From assembly GCA_951406725.2 (NCBI GenBank), contig OX597814.1:162440001-162504000 (forward strand): a DNA stretch of 64,000 nt. Direction: 5' to 3'. This document shows positions 57,183 through 64,000 of the stretch, in pieces. The first letter of the stretch is position 1, and each line of letters begins with the position of its first letter. The stretch is from Octopus vulgaris. Lineage: Eukaryota. The notes below the pieces were generated by a model, which worked only from the letters and a program-made list of their open reading frames with translations, made no database searches and was not told the origin of the DNA. The translations under genes were made by a program, and so were the position numbers.

Positions 57183-57580
57183 GGGCGCAGGCGTGACTGT
57201 GTGGTAAGAAGCTTGCTCCCCAACATCATGGTTCCGGGTTCAGTCCCACTGCATGGCACCTTGAGCAAATCTACAATGGCTTCGGGTCAACCAAAGCCTT
57301 GTGAGTGGATTTGGTAGACAGAAACTGAAAGAAACCCATCGTGTATACATATACATGTGTGTGTGTATGTGTGTGTGTGTGCCTCTATGTCTGTGTCCCC
57401 CCCCCCCCACTACCACTTGTTAACCGGTGCTGGTGTGTTTACGCTCCTGCAAAAGACACCGATGAAATACGTACTGGCTTTAAAAATAATCCTGGGGTCG
57501 CTTTGTTCAATTAAAATCCTTCTGGTGGTGTTCCAGAATCGCCGCAGTCAAATGACTGAAACAAATGAAAGATAAAAGAT
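57183..57580 (+). mobile_element. SINE family B
   Basis: Head GGCGCAGGCGTGACTGTGTGGTAAG through to the tail. Confidence 0.85.
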
Positions 57581-57675
57581 AGCTGGGATTCTCAAAGCCG
57601 GTATACTCGATGAGGGTCATCCTATGGCTAAACAACAAAAACGATGACGATGAAAACACCATCACGTCCTCGTCA

Positions 57676-58373
57676 TCTATATATATATATAGCTGAAAAA
57701 AAATTGAGAGTATGATAGAAGAAGGCTTGCTCTTCCTTCCGTAGAAGAAAAAAATTCAAATCGGACCATGTTAAGACTAAGAATTATTTATATAGGCGCA
57801 GGAGTGGCTGTGTGGTAAGTAGCTTGCTAACCAACCACATGGTTCCGGGTTCAGTCCCACTGTGTGGCACCTTGGGCAAGTGTCTTCTACTATAGCCTCG
57901 GGCCGACCAATGCCTTGTGGGTGGATTTGGTAGACGGAAACTGAAAGAAGCCCGTCGTATATATGTATATATATATATATATGTTTGCGTGTATGTTTGT
58001 GTGTCTGTGTTTATGTCCCCGTCACTTAGCGGTTCGGCAAAAGAGACCGATAGAATAAGTACTGGGTTTACAAAGAATAAGTCCCGGGGTCGAGTTGCTC
58101 GACTAAAGGCGGTGCTCCAGCATGGCCGCAGTCACCTGACTGAAACAAATAAAAGAATAAAAGTAAAAAGAAAGAATATCAAAAAGGTGCTTTTTTTCTA
58201 TGAAAATCCTTATTTTTTACTATTTTTTTTTGACTGCTGTGTTGTAATTTTTCGGTGTATTTCAACCAGAAAAAATTTTCATTCAAAGAGAATAACAAGC
58301 TACTTTTCAAAAATTCCAATTATAAAGGGTCGAAAAGAAAACAAACCCGAGCAACGCCGGGCGATTCTGCTAG
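57676..58373 (+). mobile_element. Non-autonomous Helitron (same family as 44107) interrupted by a SINE
   Basis: A|TC...CTAG|T termini and the same hairpin. Colinear with the first copy on either side of the 57793-58178 SINE. Confidence 0.88.
57793..58178 (+). mobile_element. Young full-length SINE family B inserted in a Helitron
   Basis: AGGCGCAGGAGTGGCTGTGTGGTAAG head with A and B boxes, and an A-rich tail. Confidence 0.92.
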
Positions 58374-59642
58374 TTTCTTTGTAAAAGTATCTGAAAAATT
58401 TACTTTTAACTTGCATCTTGTTTTTTAACGAGCTCTTTCTATTTGCTCATGTCACAAAGTGATCCGCTATTTTAGCTGTCAAACAGGCACAGAAAGACTG
58501 TTAATTAGACTCATCTTGCACTAGATACCACAGTAAAGAGGCAAAGAAAGAAAAAAAAAAACAAAACAAAATGGTATTTACACATGTACACATGCTCTGT
58601 TGATACTTGGTAAGGTAAGGTGAAAGTTATAACAAGATAGCTCGATAGATGATCAGGTAGGTAGACAGATACATATGAAAAGAGAAAGAATAGGAAATAT
58701 ATTGTTGCTCGTTACACACACACAAACATGCATGCACGCGCATCCACATGCACGTGCATCCACATGCACGTTCTATATATATATATACTTATATGTTTAT
58801 ATAAATATCGTAAATACATATACGTATATAAACATACGTATATACACACATAACATATATATCTATATATCCATATGAATACACACATCTATCCATCCAT
58901 CCATCCATTCATTCATACACAGACACATACATACATACATACATACATACATACATACATACATACATACATACATACATACCTTCTATGTATGTATTTA
59001 TGTATTTATGTATATGTGTATGTATGTTTGTTTTTATATAGTTATATTTATGTAAACATATATCAATACATATCATCTATCTATCTATCTATCTATCTAT
59101 CTTTATAAATATATATATATATATACGCGCGCGCGCACACACAGACCTATATATACAAATATATCAACAAATACACATGTATCCCCCACCACACAAACAC
59201 TTATGTTTATGTATATACATCTTTATATATGTATATGTATGTACATCTTTTATGTATATACATCTTTACCTACCTTCTTACCCACACAGACAGACACATA
59301 CACACAGATATAAGTACACACACACAAACACACACATATATGTATATACATACATAAATACTATATATATATAAATACTATATATATATATATACGCGTA
59401 TATACGTATGTATACACCATACATACAGCCACAACAATATATACAAAACAAGATAAACTGAAATGATTTGTGTTTTGTACTCACTCTAAAATATTTGTGA
59501 ATATAAAAAAAATCAATAAAATTTTTAATGTTATAAATCAATATCTGTAGCCATGTTTTCCATGAGTACAGAGTTATTAACCGCGTCCTTGAGTGCTTTA
59601 TAGTATTTACGCTAGAGTACATTGCGTTATTTAGTTATTCAT

Positions 59643-60090
59643 AAAGCAGTGAGCGACTAGAATCGTTACAGCGTCGGACAAAAAAAAATCATCGGCATTT
59701 TTCATGGCTTCCTGTAAGTTCAAATCCCACCGAGGTCGGCTTTATAATTTATCCTTACGGAATTGATAAAATAAGTACCAGTTGAGCACTGGGGTTGATG
59801 TAACCGACTAGTCGCTTGCCCTACAATTTCAAGCTTTGTATCTGTAGGAGTAAGAATTAGTTATTCGTAAGGCGATGTGTTAGCAAAATCGTTAGAGCGT
59901 CGGAATAAAAGTTTAGTGATATTTCTTCTGACGCTTTACGTTGTGAGCTCGAAATCTGTCGAAGTAAATTTTTGCCTTTCATCATTTCAGTATTGATAAA
60001 ATACGGTGCCAATACAAGCACTAAGGATAATGAAATTGATTTGGCTTCTCTCTTTGAAATTGCTGGCGTCGTGCAAGAATTTAAAATCGT
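59643..60090 (+). mobile_element. Two old SINE family A copies
   Basis: Diverged head and central domain present twice. Confidence 0.7.
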
Positions 60091-60465
60091 TATTTACAGT
60101 TTTATCATTGTATTTGGGAACTTTTGAACAAAAGCGTTGCTGGAAGCATATTTCCAATTGGGTTGTTATTTGTTCATTTCATGGCGAAAAGGACAAGACT
60201 GTGTATCTTTCCTCGCTATCTTTTACTTCCTTCAGTCATTAGACTCCGTCGATGCTGGTATACCATTTCGAAGGGTTTCAGTCGATTGAATTGACGCAGG
60301 ACTCACTTTTAAGCATGGTACCTATTCTGTCAGTCTCTTTTGCCAAACAACTAATTTACGGTGACGTAAACAACCAACACCGGTTGTCAAGCAGTGTGGG
60401 GGACAAAAACGAATATATGTATATATATATATATCAAAAGAAAAAAACAGGACGCAAAGTATTTT

Positions 60466-60552
60466 GTGGTACATATGTTTCGGGCTTTATTGATCAACTT
60501 ATACCAATGCATAATTGATATAACGGGTAGATCAAAAGCCTTCTTCAGCCGC
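60466..60552 (-). ncRNA. Type-I hammerhead ribozyme motif with extended stem II
   Basis: Minus strand reads GCGG-CTGAAGA-a-GGCTTT...(long hairpin)...AAAGCC-c-GAAA-CATATG-TA-CCAC. Palindromic stem III and a GUA triplet. Confidence 0.78.
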
Positions 60553-60736
60553 GTACAATTACCACACCAAAGACATGTATCACATTATAGCAGGTTTGAG
60601 AAAATGTTTGGGGAAAAACCGAGTTTCATTGGGAAAGTAAATCCTCATAGGCGTATACAGCATTGCGAGACTCAAAAAAATTCCCAAACTTTTTCTCAAA
60701 CCTGCTATAATGTGATACATGTCTTTAGTGTGGTAA

Positions 60737-60819
60737 TTGAAGAAGGCTTTTGATCTACCTGTTATATCAATTATGCATTGATATAAGTTGTTCAATAAAG
60801 CCCGAAACATATGTACCGC
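60737..60819 (+). ncRNA. Damaged mirror hammerhead motif
   Basis: TTGAAGA-a-GGCTTT...AAAGCC-c-GAAACATATGTA-CCGC. The 5' strand of stem I is removed by the indel. Confidence 0.55.
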
Positions 60820-60926
60820 AAAATCCTTTGCGTCCTGTTTTTCTTTTGATACATATATCCTATCACCTATACCACTAGCTGGCATATACAGGTGCTTACA
60901 TTTATCAAGTATTCACCCTGAATTTA

Positions 60927-60966
<40 letters not shown>

Positions 60967-61306
60967 CAAGATAAGAAAATGGAGAAATACATCTAAATCA
61001 AATATCAATTACCAGATAATACTCAATCACATACTTTATTAAACCACCACATAAGAGACTGTAGGGTTAAATATAAAAAAGCAGAACAAATCAGTGTACA
61101 TAAAGGAATGTACATAAAAAAGTGTACATAAAAGAGTAATGTTGTATAATAAGTAGAATATATATAAAAGAGAATATAAATATAAGTATAGATTACATCT
61201 TACAGCTGTTTCGGCCATGTAGATAAGTATGTCTCATTTTACCAATATTAGCCTTTTATGGTAGGTCAATATATAGATATAAATGAGACATTTATCTCAA
61301 TTTGTA

Positions 61307-61345
<39 letters not shown>

Positions 61346-61475
61346 GACGGGCTTCTTTCGGTCTCTATCTACCAAATTCACACACAATGCTTCGGTCAGT
61401 CTGGAGTTATAGAAAAAGGCACTTGCCCAAGGTGATAGATAAGTAGTAGGACTGAATCAGGAACCATGTGGTTGT

Positions 61476-61705
61476 GGATCCACAATAATATTTCAAGGGC
61501 TTTATTTGTATGTACAGGAAGGTTTCTTTCTGTAACATTTTACATACTTCGACTTACACAAGTTACTTTGTGAAAAACAAAATAGGAATTTTGAAAGAAC
61601 TTTCTATAAAATTAGTTTATAAATATCGGAATGGCTATGGTGACCCACCAGAATAAAATAGTAATCAAAAGGAGTCCATAGATAAAACATGGTTGAGAAC
61701 CCTTG
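61476..61705. mobile_element. Probable hAT/Charlie-like MITE remnant
   Basis: End resembles a Charlie-type terminus (GGAGTCCATAGATAAAACATGGTTGAGAACCCTTG). The other end is not resolved. Confidence 0.45.
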
Positions 61706-62460
61706 TTATAAAGGCTCCTCAAAGATCTAAGACTAATAAGATGTTTTTTTTTATATAATCTCTCGTAGTATCGTTAATAATTTGCAACATAAATCTGGTT
61801 GCATGTTCTTTTTTCAATCGCTTTGGTAAAATACTGGACAAAAAAGCATAGAGAGTGTCACGAGTGATGGTGGCGGTGGTGGTGATGGTGGCGGTGGTGG
61901 TAGTGGTGGTGGTGGTGATGATGACAACGATGACGACGACGACGTTGATGATATTTCAATTTAGTTGTTGGTTATCGTAGGTTTGAGGTAGTTTCGCTAT
62001 TTTCCCTTTATTCCCTATGACGAAAGCTGCTTAGCTGTGAAATGGGTTAAATATAGATAAATTTGTCTGTCAGTAATTCTTTATAAGTTTTTTTATAGCC
62101 GACAGAATAATTTTTTCGGACATTTTGATTGCACTGAAACAGGTTTTCATTGAAATGGTAAAAAAAAAAGCAAAAAAAAAAAAGCTATGTAGTGAGGATA
62201 CCAACGGAGTCGACCATAATTCGTAGATTCGTTTGCACTATTGTTGTTGTTTGTGTTGTTGTTGTTTGTTATACTTAACAATGTCAGTCAAGTTTCAGAA
62301 AGTGAAATTTCATGTGAAGAGAAGTGTCTTACGTAATCTGATCTGAATAACGTTAATTTGTTCAATAAAAAGGTATTTTCTCTTACACACACACGCGCGC
62401 GCGCACACACTTATTTGAACGTGGTCTTCGCTTTTAAATTGAGATTTCAGAAATATATAT

Positions 62461-62516
<56 letters not shown>

Positions 62517-62609
62517 AATATATATATATATATATATACACATACATATGTGTGTGTGTTATATAAAGTATTATACACATATAATATATATTATGTATTG
62601 TATACATAC

Positions 62610-62664
<55 letters not shown>

Positions 62665-62696
62665 ACACGCATATATTTATATATATATACATCACA

Positions 62697-62732
<36 letters not shown>

Positions 62733-63149
62733 CACACACACAGAACTATATAATATAAAGAACACATTATTTATATTGTATAAATGCAATGCTGCCTATA
62801 TATTATGTGTATATATAATGTCCGTATATATATACATACGCATGTATATATAGTAACAGATTCGTTTGTGTACATCACACACACACACACTTTATGTACA
62901 TGGAAAGAAATGTTGAACCTAAAGACATATTTGCCGACAGCCATAAAACTCAGGTTACACAATTGAAACCATTATTATAATAATGGTTATGGGCAGTTAT
63001 AACAATAAAAAAAAAGTACGATATAATGAGATGAAAAGCTTCAATACAATATAATTAAGATTCCGAGACGAAAAATGATTTCACAGATATTTCTAAAATA
63101 TATAAATAAATATGTAAATAAATAGATAAATATATAAAAAAAAAGGTGA

Positions 63150-63202
<53 letters not shown>

Positions 63203-64000
63203 GAAAACAGATAATCAGAAAGTATAATAGAAAGCAAATATATTGAATTCGAACGAAGTTGGAAACTGTACGCAATAAAAATAATCTCGCAAATGTTCTT
63301 CCATTGCCAACGGAGTGCTATTACCTGAATAGTTTAGTTCAGGGCGACTATTTCAAAACATATATTAAAAAAAAAACAAAAAAAAAAACATACACACACA
63401 CAAAAAAAAAAAAAGAAAGAAGAAAGAAGGAAACGATTTTTCAATATTTTTAGTAGAAGAACTAGACATTATAAACACGATTCAAATAATGTTTCTATCT
63501 AACCCAAGGTGTAATTTCACAAGGTTAGTGTTCAATGAAAGAATGTCAAGATTTAATGGAAAATAAAAATAAATTAATTAACGATACCTATCTCTGTCTC
63601 CAGTAAGTTAACTTAACACACCGAGCTACTAAGTACAGACAAAAATAAATAAATAAGAAAATGAATAAAAATGAAATTTAAAAAAATTCATATAAATTGC
63701 CAACAAATCAATTTGGAAAAGTTCCTTTACGAATTTACAATCTACAGACAGGCAGCAAATAAGAAATACACAAACAAACAAATAAATAAGATAGCGATGG
63801 AAGTGTCCAATAGTGATACATTCGTGGTATCTCGGCCATTGCCGAATCTTAAAAGTATTAAAATTTCAAGTAAGCGACCGATATAGTGAATAAATATGTA
63901 CTTAAAATAAAATGGTTCAAGAAATGAATATTTAAGGGTATTCTATTTAAACTTAATTGTTTGTTACTACTTATGTCTATCTGCTACAATAACTGGAGAA

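Larger units (their letters stand above)
60431..60852. repeat. Imperfect fold-back inverted repeat (arms about 190-200 bp)
   Basis: ATCAAAAGAAAAAAACAGGACGCAAAG at the left is mirrored by CTTTGCGTCCTGTTTTTCTTTTGAT at the right. Arms are colinear except for a roughly 10-nt indel. Confidence 0.93.

Overview
AT-rich, microsatellite-saturated animal genomic DNA. It is most likely an octopus or other coleoid cephalopod (inferred from the SINE families and simple-repeat load) and is probably intronic or intergenic. No intact protein-coding gene is evident, and nearly all ORF-track entries are translated microsatellites or SINE read-through. Recognisable content: four decayed Tc1 transposons (one full-length IR/DR copy), mariner, hAT and Helitron remnants, LINE fragments, and many copies of three tRNA-derived SINE families. 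Two observations stand out. (1) Several unrelated short repeat families carry minimal type-I hammerhead-ribozyme motifs of the Penelope-like type. Three of them are fold-back palindromes with a motif in each arm, including a perfect 172-bp-arm palindrome, and one copy shows a U3-A8 core covariation. (2) A minus-strand TTTTCAG|GTAAGC junction is followed 46 nt later by AG|GTGAGT, the architecture of a recursive-splicing site. All calls are by eye and repeat boundaries are approximate unless stated.
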